Below, piece after piece: positions 18,137 to 31,100 of a stretch of 64,000 nucleotides of DNA. How positions within the stretch are numbered: position 1 is the stretch's first letter; each line of letters starts with the position of its first letter. The position numbers and the translations under genes were made by a program. Under the pieces are notes generated by a model. That model searched no databases. It had not been told where the DNA came from and saw only the letters and a list, made by a program, of their open reading frames with translations. Source of the stretch: an uncultured Bacteroidales bacterium (GTDB lineage: Bacteria > Bacteroidota > Bacteroidia > Bacteroidales > ML635J-15). The stretch spans positions 26,405-90,404 of the forward strand of contig CAJOIT010000002.1 of the NCBI GenBank assembly GCA_905234755.1. The letters are read 5' to 3'.

Positions 18137-19047
18137 TTTCGTTTATACATTTCCTCCATCGAATCAATAATGTTTTTCATATAAATGCGTAGCGAAACTG
18201 GTTCCAATACCTCAACCTGATTGTGCATAGTAAGAAGCTCCTGAACAAATTCGTATGTTGGTTTTAGATTGTACTCGAAGATGGCGTATTCATTGGTTGC
18301 CTTCTTAATGTTTTCCTTTTGCGAACTATGCAAAGGAAGCGAGCGCAAATAGCAGTCACGATAACCAAACTCAGCCCCCTTGTAAGCCTTTACGACAATG
18401 TGTTCCATTTTTTTGTTGGTAATGCTGATGCCGATAATGTTGTCGAAAACCTCTTCGGGATTGTTGTCTGGCAGTTTGTATTTCTGGTCGGTACATTCAG
18501 CATTATTGATTCTGTCGAGAGCATAAATGCGTACTCCGCGTTCCGACTTTGCGAGCACATACCAGCGCTGCTTGTATAACTTTACACAATATGGTTCAAT
18601 TAAGAAATTGCTTTCCTCCTTTCCGAAACCTTGATGCCAAATGTGGACTTTTCGTTGGTCACGAATGGCTTCTATCAAAGTTGTTAGAAACATTTGTCCA
18701 GACGGAATATTTTCGAGCAAAATGCGCTTTTTCAACTGCTGGCTTTCGCAGACAAAGTTGTGCAACGACATTGAATTCAGTAACCATGATTTTGTTGAAT
18801 CGGATTTGCTATCATCGCTGGTGATGAAATAATTGTATTCGCCACACCCTTCACATTCGATGTCGATGCCAAAGATTTCAGCAATATCGTTGATATGTCG
18901 CAGAAAGGTACGCTTGCTTAACTCCAATCCGCCATCGCGTTCTTCGCGTTGCCATGCTCTATTTATTTCCTTGAACGGAACTCTACCTCTTCGGCGTATG
19001 TAACTTATTAACCACACATAATTGGAAATCAATGATTTTGTATCCAT
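18127..19047 (-). CDS. WYL-domain transcriptional regulator (wHTH-WYL-WCX architecture)
   Basis: 306 aa. N-terminal HTH-like segment and a WYL core: KLYKQRWYVLAKSERGVRIYALDRI. ATG start. Confidence 0.75.
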   Translation of the reverse strand: MDTKSLISNYVWLISYIRRRGRVPFKEINRAWQREERDGGLELSKRTFLRHINDIAEIFGIDIECEGCGEYNYFITSDDSKSDSTKSWLLNSMSLHNFVCESQQLKKRILLENIPSGQMFLTTLIEAIRDQRKVHIWHQGFGKEESNFLIEPYCVKLYKQRWYVLAKSERGVRIYALDRINNAECTDQKYKLPDNNPEEVFDNIIGISITNKKMEHIVVKAYKGAEFGYRDCYLRSLPLHSSQKENIKKATNEYAIFEYNLKPTYEFVQELLTMHNQVEVLEPVSLRIYMKNIIDSMEEMYKRKKK

Positions 19048-19075
19048 ATTGCGTTCGCATTTCTATTAATATTTG

Positions 19076-19083
19076 CAAATCTA
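19076..19083 (-). promoter_or_regulatory. -7 box TAGATTTG for the WYL gene
   Basis: TAnnTTTG match on the minus strand, 28 nt upstream of the ATG at 19047. Confidence 0.45.
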
Positions 19084-19113
19084 AGAAAAAGATACGACAA
19101 AAAATGTCCGAAG

Positions 19114-19153
19114 CAAAGAAAAATAAAAGGCGAACCTTTTGAGTCCGCCCTTT
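19114..19153 (-). terminator. Intrinsic terminator of giant gene 1
   Basis: Minus strand reads AAAGGGCGGAC-TCAAAAG-GTTCGCCTTTT then ATTTTT. The stem is 11 bp with two G-U pairs. Confidence 0.75.
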
Positions 19154-19177
19154 AAAGAATGAGAGTAGAGTATATTT

Positions 19178-22100
19178 TTAATAAACTATAGTTACCGCAC
19201 CCTTGTATGGTTCATCGTCATTGAACAAGTCGATTACATACAGATATGTTCCAGCTGGTACGAAATGACCTCTGTAGCTTCCATCCCAAGGTTCTGCATA
19301 ACCCTTAGATGTGAACATCAATTGACCCCAACGGTTGAATATATGAACCTCAGCAGCCGGGAACATTTCAATGTTGACGATTTCCCATGTATCGTTAACG
19401 CCATCGGCATTAGGTGTAAATACATTAGGAATACGCAAGCAGTCAACATCCACATCGGTCAATGTTATCAGCATTTCAGTTGACTTACAGTTGTTTCCAT
19501 CAACTACGCTAACCACATACTCGCCAGACGGAATGTTCTGCAGATATGATACATCAGATGTGCTATTGTTCAAGCTGTACAAATAAGGCTCGACACCACC
19601 GACAGCACTTACATTAATCTTACCTGTACGGCTATTCCTACAGAATGGATCCTCAACTTCCACATTCATTTGCAGTGCATCGGGTTGAGGAACAAGAACT
19701 GGCTCGCTTACATCGCAGTTGTTGTTATCAATTACATGCAATACATAGTATCCTGCGCTCAAATTGTTGAATACGCTTATGTTTGACTGTTCAACAAGAC
19801 CTTCTATCATGTAGCGGTATGGGAGGACACCACCTTCTGCAGTAACCTCAATACGACCTGTCTTGTCGCCATTACATTTAATCTCACCAATAGTTGTTTC
19901 AACATTTATTGCCGCAGGCGCTTCAAGTGTTATTGTCCTAGCAACAGAGCAACCTGCTGCATCAGAAATTGTCACCGAATATGTACCCATGCCAATGCCG
20001 GAGACTTCACTTTCGTGGGTAGAATTGCTCCAGAAATATTCGTAAGGAGCCATACCACCGAATGCAGAAACTACAATGCTACCATCCTTTGAATTATGGC
20101 ACAACGGCGCTTCTGAATATACCTGGACATCCATTTCCTGCGGTGATACAAGATTTACACCTGCCTGACCAGTACATCCCCAAGCATCGGTAACTGTTAC
20201 CATATATACACCCGCAAAGAGGTTGTATAGTTCAGGAGATACATTTCCTGTATTCCATGAATAAATAGCCGGTTGTGCAGCATTCGGACATACAGCAGCA
20301 ATAGAACCATCGTTGAAACCGCTACAACTTACAGGCTGAGTAACTGTTGCATTTACAGAAAGCATGCCCTGCATCGATACATTTGCCTCGGCACTTGCCA
20401 TACATCCGTTTGCATCTATTACTGTAAGTCCATAGGTTCCAACTCCGAGGTTATCATTCGTCATTTCCGTTATTCCATTCGACCATACATAAGACTGATA
20501 TGGTAATGTTCCTCCGATTACCGAAGCGGTCAACGAACCTTGCGAAACACCGCAGTTGATGTCGCGGACATTGATAGTCGGACGAAGTTCGAGTGGCTGA
20601 ACTATTGCACAAGGCAATACTGCGGAGCATCCGCCATTATCGGAAACCGTGACAGAATAGCCACCAGCGACAAGATTGTTTGCTGTCATACCCGACTGTC
20701 CATCACTCCATTCGCAGAAGTATGGCGGATTTCCACCTGTAGCTGTTACTGATGCAGTAGTGCTACCACCATAGCATAATACAGTGCCAGGTGTCACTTG
20801 CGGAACAAATTCAGGAGCCCTAGTAATTGTTATACTAGCAGTACCTTCACATCCGTTAGTTCCTGTCGCCGTTACAGTGTATAAATCATCTGCATATACG
20901 GTGGTTGTCGCCGTTGTCGCATTGTTCGACCACAAGTAAGAATCAACAACACCAACTACATTCAAATCGATAGATGTTATAACGCAATTCAGTTCTGTAC
21001 CTGGAGTACTTGTAATACTTATAATTGGAGCATCAAAATCCTGTCGCAAGGTTATGCTTGCTGTTGACTGACATTCGTTAACTGCAGTTACAGTAACAAT
21101 ATATTGACCTCCAGCTGTCAATGTTCCATGATCGTCATCGCCAGTGTAGTTGCTACTCCACAAATATTCGTATGGTCCATCAGCACCACTAACTATTACC
21201 GTAATTGGCATGCTTGGATTATTACAATCCAGAGTAGTAATATCGCCAAGTCCATTATTAATAGTTACTTGCGGAGTATCATGGTTGTCTGCTACCGTTA
21301 TAGAAGTAGTTTCAATACAACCGTTGAAACCAGTTGCGGTAAGATAGTATACTCCACCTGCCAAGAATGTATTGGTCTGTGATGCCGGAGTTGTACCGCC
21401 CGACCACATATACGACTGAGCATTACCAACAGCAGTTACAGTAACTCTCGATACTGCACAATTAAGTTCCAATCCATTCGGAGTATCAAAGTCATAAAGT
21501 GTTGGCGGTTCCAAATTGCTGTCAATAGGTATCTGAGCAGATGCTGTACAACCATTGCGTGCTGTAACAGTAACTGTATAAGTACCTGGGGTTGTTACAT
21601 ATTGTTCAGGACCACCACCCCACAAAGCATTGCTCCATGCGAAACTATATCCACCCTGGGCAATAATATGTATTGAATCCAAATTACATGTAAGAACTGT
21701 TTCTCCTGTAATATTGTCGATTCTTGCATCAGGTGGGGTAAAGTTGTCGAGCATCTCTATACTAACCTCATTTTCGCATCCGTTAATACCCTGAACTGTA
21801 ACAGTATAAATACCAGCCTGAGATATTGTTATAGACTGTGAGAAGTCTCCATTATCCCACAGATATGTACCTCCGCCAACAATATTGGCAGTCAAATCGA
21901 CTGTTCGGTGAGCACAATCAAGTGCTGGATATGAAGGTGTTATAGAAGCCTGAGGTACTGTAAAGTCTTCTGTAATAACAACGCTTGCATAATTAACACA
22001 TCCATTTGCTCCTGTTGCAGTTACAGTATAAGAACCAGCAGCAGTCAAATCAATTTCCGCACCTACATGTCCGCCTGGCCATTCGTACGAAACACCTGTT

Positions 22101-25100
22101 CCTGTTGCAATAGCATGTACAGATTGAGCATTACAATTAATTTCGTTGAATCCGCTTTCGTTTCTTATCGAAACAACTGGTGGCGTAAGGTTTTCCGAAA
22201 TCGATACAGATGTCACTGCAGTACAACCATTGGAAGCTGTAGCTGTAACAGTATATACTCCCGTACTTTCAACCTGGTTTACTGCGTCATTAGGATACAA
22301 ACCTCCTGACCAAACATAGCTAACTGCATCACCAGTAGCAGTAAGTGTCAAATCGGTTGTTGCACATGTAAGAGTAGTATTAGGAGCAAGGATTTCCACA
22401 TGCGGTCTACCCATTGTTTCCGTTATCTCTATATCAGCCGTAGCCGTACAACCATTATCTGCCGTTGCTGTAACAACATATGTACCTATAGTTGTAAGTT
22501 CATTCGGTGCCTGATTAGTATATGAACCACCAGACCAACTATAGTAAACTACGCGGGCAGAACCTACTGCAGTAACATTTATTGTCGAAACATCACATGT
22601 GAGAACATTTGTTCCTGTAACATTGTTAATGCTAACTGTTGGTGCTTCGAAATCAGACCTGATATCAATGCTTGCAACAGATGTACATCCGTTAGGTGCA
22701 GTTGCTGTTACATAATATGTAGCAGCTTCTGTGAAAGCATTACCTGTACCTGTCAAGTTTTCACCGCCAGACCATTGGTAAATATCAGCATCGGTATCAT
22801 CTATGAGTGATACAGAAATCGAAGGTCCAGCACATGTAAGTATATTCGTATTCGAGTTGTTTCCTATTTCAACATTAGGAGTTGAAATGTCCTGCTGGAT
22901 TTCAATCTGCTCCGTTGCGACACAACCATTTTCGGTAGATGTTGCCGAAACAATATATATACCTGGTTCGGTTACCGAATATGTAACACCAGTTCCGGGA
23001 CGAGTTCCTGCCTCATTATTCCACTCGTATGTTACAGAAACATTTGCACTAGCGGAAAGTGTTATTTCATCGAACGGATCCCCATCCGAATTACACATAA
23101 GCACTGTGCGCGGTGCTTCAATCGAAACTTGTGGCAAGTTACCATCGCTACTGATTACTGATGAAGCCGATGCCGTACAACCATTCGGTGCTGTTACTAC
23201 AACTGTATATGTACCAGCAGATGTTACATCCTGTGAATCCCATGACAAAGTTGCCCCCGTAGTGATAGATGAAGCCACAAGTTCAATTGATGGATTAGCA
23301 CATGTAATAACGCCAGTCTCTGGTGTTACTTGCGCATCAGGAATGTCATTGTCGATACCGACATAAATGGTTGCAGTTGCCATACAGCCATTAGCAGCAG
23401 TAGCTGTTACTGTGTATGTATTCTGCTCATGAACAGTATAACTTGCCTCATGAGGTCCCTGATACCATGCGTATGAAGTTCCGGTTCCTGATGCTGTAAG
23501 AGTAAGAGACTGCTCGGCACAAGTCAAAGTAGGATTATCTGGACTTATGCTTACTTCCGGCAAGTCAACATCCTTGTCGAGATGTATTGTTGCCTCGGTT
23601 GTACAACCGTTATCAAGTCTTGCAGTAACAGTGTAATCACCACTTACAGGATAATTGTCAAGTGTTGCAACATTCGATGGCGACCAGGTCATAGTTCCAT
23701 TTCCTGTTGCGTTAAGAGTTATCGATGTAGTCGTACAATTCAAAGTAGTTGTTGACGGCGGTACAATTGATACCGTTGGAGTATTGCTATCACTTAAGAT
23801 TTCAAACGATGCAGTAGCCGTACATCCGTTTTCTGCCAAAACTGTTGCCACATATACGCCTGGAGCTGTTACTGTCAAAGGATTGGTGTTTGTTGCAGTC
23901 GGTTCTGTCCACGACAATGTTGCGCCAGTAGTAGTTGTTGTTGCGAGAAGTTCTATCTGGTCAACATCACAAGTAAGCTCGTTTGTATTAGGACTGTTTT
24001 CAATTCTTACATTCGGCATAGAATTATCAATACCAACGACAAAGTCATTTGTTGCCGTACATCCATGTGCATCGGTTACCGTTACTATATATGTTCCGTC
24101 TGTAGTGAAAGTATTGTCGGCAACATTTACAGAATTCGACCATGAATACGAAGTTCCACCTGTTGCGGTTACAGTAATTTCCTGTTGTGTACAAGTGATA
24201 ATATTTGTTCCGCCTGCAGTGGTATTGAGAATATCAACAGTAGGTAAAGAATAAATAGTTACCGAAACATCATCAGTATAATCTGTAAATGATCCGCTAT
24301 CGCTACATGAGTTTGCACTCAATGTTGCAGTATATGTATATGTATTATCGCTTGTAGGAGTTACTGTTATGCGCTCGCCGTTGGTTGTACTCAATCCAGC
24401 GCCTGCAGATGGGCTTGCCGACCATGTAACCGTATAACCGGAACCAGCATTTGATACATTGGCCTGCAATACAAGATTATCACCAAGACAAACATTGTCT
24501 GCGACAACATCTACGGCTGGGACATCTCCAAGAGTAATTGATACTGAATTCGTTACCTCACAACCATTTGCATCGGTAACTGTTACCGAATATGTTGTCT
24601 GACCTGTAAGGTTCGGTGTTACAAGCACATCGCTTGTCGAGTTATCCGACCAATGGTAAGAGTATGCTTCCAGACCGTTAGATGCATGAGCTGTAAGCGT
24701 GGTATTTGAACCTGTACATATTGACAACGAACCCGAAATTGTAACTTCAGGACTTGTCGGCATATTGGAAATTACCATAGCCTGCTCGGTGTAGCAATCG
24801 GCAGATGTTGTTTCGTTTGTTATCCTTACGGTATATGAACCTTCTTCAAGGTTGCTGAAAGTTACAGCAGCACCTGTTGATGTCTGGTTTGGTTGACCAG
24901 TAACGCTGACAGTATAAGTAGAACCAGCAGTACCACCAGCAAAGTTGCTTACTGTTATAGTGCCATTGTAAGGAGCAACACACTTAGTGTTATCGGTCTT
25001 TGCTATGTCGGCGGTAGGTGTTTCGGAAACAGAGATAGTCTGCGAAACTGTAGCCGTACAGTTGTTTCCATCCGATACTCTCAATACATAAACCACATCT

Positions 25101-28100
25101 GCACTTCCTGGTGTTACTGTCGGACTGATGGTAATGGATGAGGTTGTGGTCGATGCTGGCATACCAGGTGTTATGGTATGTGTTGCATCGCTTTCGGTAG
25201 TGCATGTCCAACGATACTGGCTGAATGATGCCGGATTAGCTGTCAATATAACCGATGAGCCGTTGCATATTTCGTCATCAGATGCATCAATAGTAACATC
25301 TGGCGTATCGTAGATTGTTATCGAAACAGCCATATCATCGTCTGTACATGGAGCTGTTGCACCTGTGGTAGTAACAGAGAAATCGAAAGTACCAGTTTCT
25401 GTTGGCGTTCCGCTCAATGTCAGCGTATGAGCAGTATTGTCAAGGCTTGACTGAACGCCAGCAGGCATTGTTCCATTAACAGAAAGGCCTGTTGCACCTC
25501 CACCGTAAGTAAATACAATGCTACTCAATTCGGTTCCAAGGCAGAAACTCTGTGTTGTATTTCCTGCTACATCCAATTCAACGCTTTCGCTAACTACTAT
25601 TATTCCATACCTTTCTGCAGGCTTACATGGTGGTATTACACCGGTTGTTGTTACAGTGTAACGGAATGTTCCTGTTTCAGTCGGTGTACCATAAATAGTA
25701 ACGGTATGCGCTACTGTATTTACGGTAAAATCAAGACCAGCAGGCAATGCATCCGCAAGCGTTTGCTCGTCTATTCCAGTTGCTCCACCGCCGTAGGTGT
25801 AAACTATATTTGTGAAAGTTTCTGGGAGACAAATGCTCTGGTTGTCGGTTCCAGTTGCCGATGTAAGCAAAAGTGTTGCGTTTGTAGAAATAGATATTGT
25901 ACCGGATAGCGACTTGTTTTCACATGGCTCTTCAACTCCAGTTGTCGTTATCGTATAATCATATTCACCAGCCTCAACACCCAATGATGGCGAGCCATAA
26001 ATAGTCACTACATTACCAGATACTGATGCTGTAATACCATCAGGCAAACCTGTTACTACTGCTCCAGTAGCAGCGCCACCGAAAGAGTACTGAATGTTTT
26101 CTGCCCATGGAACTTCGACACACAATACTGCATCTGGCGAATCCGAAAGCAAGGTCAATTCGGCTGGATCACTTATGGCAATCGTAGCCGTAGTACTTAC
26201 ATTTGAACAAGGAGATGTAGCACCAGTTGTAGTAACTGTAAATGTTCCCGCAGCTGTTGGTGTTCCACTTACAGTCAATGTGTGAGCTGTTGTATTGAGT
26301 GATGATGTAAGTCCAGCTGGCAAGTTGGTTGCTTCAGCGCCTGTTGCTCCCGTATATGTGAACACAAATTCTGTAATATTGGAACCTTCGCAAACTGTTT
26401 GCGGTGAATTACCAGATGTTAGTTCGATTGTTGCAGGATCTGTAACCGTTATGGTACGCGTTACTGAAATATTATCGCAAGGCGATACTGCACCGGTTGT
26501 TGTTACCGTATAATTATATGTTCCTGCGGTCACATTGGTTGTTCCAGTAATTACTATAGTATGGTTAGATGTGTTAACATTGAATTCCAATCCTGTTGGA
26601 AGGCCAGTAACATCGGCACCATTTGCTCCTCCTCCGTATGTGAATACTATGTTTGCAGAAGATTCGCCCTTACACAATGTTTCGCTACCTGATGTATAAG
26701 AAAGTGTTGGAAGCGGATTTACAGTGATTAACATTGTGGTTATTGTTGCACACTGACCGAAATCAGGAGTAAATGTATAAGTATTGGTTCTGTTGGTAAT
26801 TGCCGGCGACCACGAACCAGTTATGCCATTTGTTGATGTTGTTGGCAAAGCATCAACGGTTGTACCTTCGCAATATGGACCAGCCTGATCAAAGGTAGGA
26901 GTTATATTACCTTCGTTGACAATTATACGACCGGTAACGGTTTGCTCCGTACAACGAAGTCCTGTTTGGCTAACTGTTGTTATAGTATAATTATAGGTAT
27001 TATGAGTTGTCGGAGCACCAGAAATGGTAACTGTATTTCCAGATATGTTCATTGTAACACCATCCGGCAAACCGGTTACCGTTGCACTTACAGCCACACC
27101 GCCCAAAGTATACACTATATCAGTTAATGCCTGACCTTCGCAAACTGTCTGTATTTCCTCTCCTGAAACATGAGTTATTGTAGGTGCTACGGCAGTGTAT
27201 GTAAGCGGGATATTTGTAGAACAACCAAGATTATCCGACAATATGATATTGCAAGTCTGCTCAGTATTAGTTGCGGTTTGTGGTTCAATTGTCATATTGT
27301 TGCCTGCAACCGTAGCAATGCTTCCGCAGTCGTTCGAAACACCTTCGAGGTCAACTGTATAATCCCAGTTGCTTGGCAAAAGGTCTTCCGAAAGTGATAT
27401 TTCCCAGTCGAATACATATCCGTTGTCTTCTGCCCAGCTGTCGCAGACAGAAATTGACCATGTTCCATTTAGTGGACAACCAATAAGGTTGGAGAAGTTC
27501 TGGAATGGCTGATACATTTGCGTTCCTGCATCTACATTGGATGGTATTATATGATGAAGCGTAGTTGTTTCCGCAACTCCGTCGTCATATACTGTTGTCG
27601 AAGAGGACATGTTTGCCACATTATAAACATAGCCAACTGTAGTGTATTGTGAATTGCTTGTCCATGCATAATCGTAACCTACACCATGTATATTGTGTTC
27701 GTTGCTTCCATCGCAAATTTCCGCGGATGTCAAATCATCGCCATCACTAACATCATATAAGTCAGGCTCACCAAAATAAATTCTAGTGTATCTGCCTTCA
27801 ACGGTATAAGATGAAACCACACCGTTTCCTCCACAAACATATGTGAGGAAATACTGTGCCGCCTCCTGAGAAGCAAACGAAAATGCATTGTTTTCTGTTG
27901 TATTGTCGCGTGTCAGCCATACTATATAACCTTCATCACCTTCATATGTATATCCTATTACATAATACAATGTATTATCATTGCCATCCGTAATTCTATA
28001 AACAACATAATCTCTACCTGAATAATAGCGCGACAAGTAATTAGTTATAAAGTCTTGAGCATCTGTTCCGCTACTGAACGAAGCCAAATAATATGTATAT

Positions 28101-31100
28101 CCGCCTGTTGTATATGCTTCGTTCTGGTCCTCAAACACCTCATAGCGGCCTAGCATATGCTGACCTGTGTACCAGTTGGTTGCAGATGTTCCAACATGCC
28201 AACGAGTTGTAGTTACTCTATCCGGCCATACATATGTATATGGGTCAATTGCATTGCTGCTATATACATCGCTTTCTGAGTCGTTGCTGTAGTAGTCCTG
28301 CAAAATTATAGCAGAACGACCATTAGGACATGTAAGTTTTATCTGCACATCACCGATGAACGAATGTTCCATATTGAGGCGAACATACTTTATTGCATTA
28401 ACATTAGTTACAACATCGCCATCATTGAAATCGTAGAAAGTAACATCTGATGTATAGCACTGCGTAGCACAATTCAATCCATCAGGGATGAAAGTTGTTT
28501 CGGCATGACCAAGAGATGTTTCAATTGTATGAGGTTCCGGATTGACTTGAATGTCGGAACCTGTACCGCCGATTGTGATTTCACGGCTGTCTCCGACACA
28601 TATATTACCAAGAGCATACGAATCCAAGCTTGTTTCCAATCCGCCCGACACACGGATTCTTCCGTATGCAACGGTTGAACATTGTCCCTCTGATACAGTA
28701 AGCGATACATCGTAGCCCTGCTCTGCACCCGGAGTATATGATGCATTCTGTGTATTTACAACATATGGAGCGACACCGCCGTGAGGATTAATGCTCCATC
28801 TCCACGATGGATTGGTGTAGCCAGTCTGTGTACCACCCATATTTACACCAGAACCAAGACATACATCGAAATAGTATCTGTCACCAATAACTTCGGTGTA
28901 ACCTGTCATAGCCACTGTCGCATCAGGACAATCGATTTGGCATTCTGGAGCATCAATATAAGTTATTCTCTCGCAGTTTGTTGTTGACGAAACAAATGAT
29001 GCTGTTATAGTATGTTCCTGTCCATCACCCTGTATTCCGCTAAGCGAATATGAAATAGGGCTTACGAAAGGAGGTGTGAATACCTGTGATACTGAACCAT
29101 CAGAAATTGTAAGAGTACCGTCAACCGGCGGATCGGTAAAGTTGATATTACCACTAACCGAGAAAGTCTGGTCGGTACTGCAATCGCCAACTATTGTTGT
29201 AATGCTTGATATGCTACAGTCATTAACAATTGTACAGTCGGAACGGCCAGCATTGGGATCATTGAGATTTGTCTGGTTCATCGTTATTGTGCCGGTACAA
29301 CCAGCAAAGTTTGCGACCACAACAATATAAATCTCCCCTTCCTGTGCATTTGTAATTTGCAAATACTCATCATGAGAAGTAGAACCTCCATAGTCAACAA
29401 GGTTTCCGCTAGGAACTGCCAAGGCAAAAGTTCCATTAATATAAGTGCTTGTAGTTGATGAAGTAGGCGTTGTTCCTCCATACGAAGTGCCATAGTATGT
29501 AGCCTGATCTGCTCCGGAATAATACGAATAGTCCGTTCCATTTGTCAAGTCATTTGTGCGGTCGCAGGTAACATTGTCAAATGGTCCCCAGCAACCGAAA
29601 TCGACATCACCACAATCGGAATGAATTGTCATATTGATAGGACCGGGTTCGGAAATACGCAGGAACCACCAAGTAGGACTATGAGTAAGGAAACTACCTA
29701 TTCCGCCTTCGGTGTCATCTTCTGTATCACTAATTGTCAAAATGTATTCTGCCACATCGTTTGACGCGCAAAAAGCCATAGCCGATTCGCAATCGGGACT
29801 ACCGGTAATCTCTGGTGGCGTGCTGGAGTACTGGGCATACAAAGTTACATCTGCACAGCCCAAATCTACAGTTGCCCCAGCAGTATAAGAAGTTCCCGAG
29901 CCATCGGCAGCGGTATTCCAACCGTGGAAATATGGCAGTGAGGAACAAGTGGGTTCCGTAGATGTAACAATTGCGGTTGTTCCTGTTGCACCAGAAGGTG
30001 CAGCACTTGCCGTACCACCTGCACAATTTGTGGTAGTATTATAAGTTAAACGATGTGAAGTTCCCGTTACAGTAACAGTATAAGAACCAGTTGCACCACA
30101 ATAATCACCACTAGTAGCCAATCTTGCAGTAATGACTGCCGTACCTGTTGAATGTGCTGTTACTACACCTGTTGACGACACCGTCGCTACATTCTCATTA
30201 GATGATGACCAAGTAATAGTACCAGAAGTACTGCCGCCACTAATTGTAGGATTCTGCGAAGTTGTTCCTGTACAACTTGATATGTTTACATTAGAATTAT
30301 TGAAGGTCAATGTTCTTTGTATACAGTCATCTATACAGAATTTCATTTCTGGACGTTGCGAGGTAGTTGATCCTGTTGAAGTTGACACATTGTTGCCATC
30401 AAGAGTTACTGATGAGGAGGAATTAGTACAATATGCCGTCATATTATCAACACTCGTATAATAAAAATTAGGATATGTTGTACCACTTGGAGTAGTATTG
30501 CTTGTTCGCCTAATAGCTACCAATATGTTACTAGCCCCATCCCAGTAAAGACCTGCCGAACTTATATCAATGCTCGTCCACTCGTTAATAAAGCTAATAG
30601 TTCCAGAATATACCAATGTCAAACCAGCATCTGATATCCAAGAAGTGGGAACTGCTGTCTGGGAAGTAAATCCAACATAGACCTCAAACGACAAAGCATT
30701 TGTTGTGGTTTCCGCATAGTGTAACGCAAGCGATCTAAGCGTTCCTGCAAAAGCACCAGCTGCAGTTAATTCGGTAGCAGTATATAGTTGCTGAGTATAT
30801 GCATAATAATTGAAATATGTATATATACCGCCATAAGTTCCTGAAGATGACGAAGTAGAACCAGTACCAATTCTTGCACATCCATCATTAACATTCACAG
30901 TCAGATACAATATCTTATGACAATAAGCAGAGTTAGAAGGAGTATATTCTATTCTAATAGTTGTAGATCCTTCCGCTACTCCTGTTATCACACCGTTAGT
31001 TACTGTTGCAACTCCAGTATTAGACGATGTGTAAGAAATCGTTCCTGAAGGTGTAAGCGTATTGGTAAGGGCATTAGAAATATTATATGTACTACCTGCT

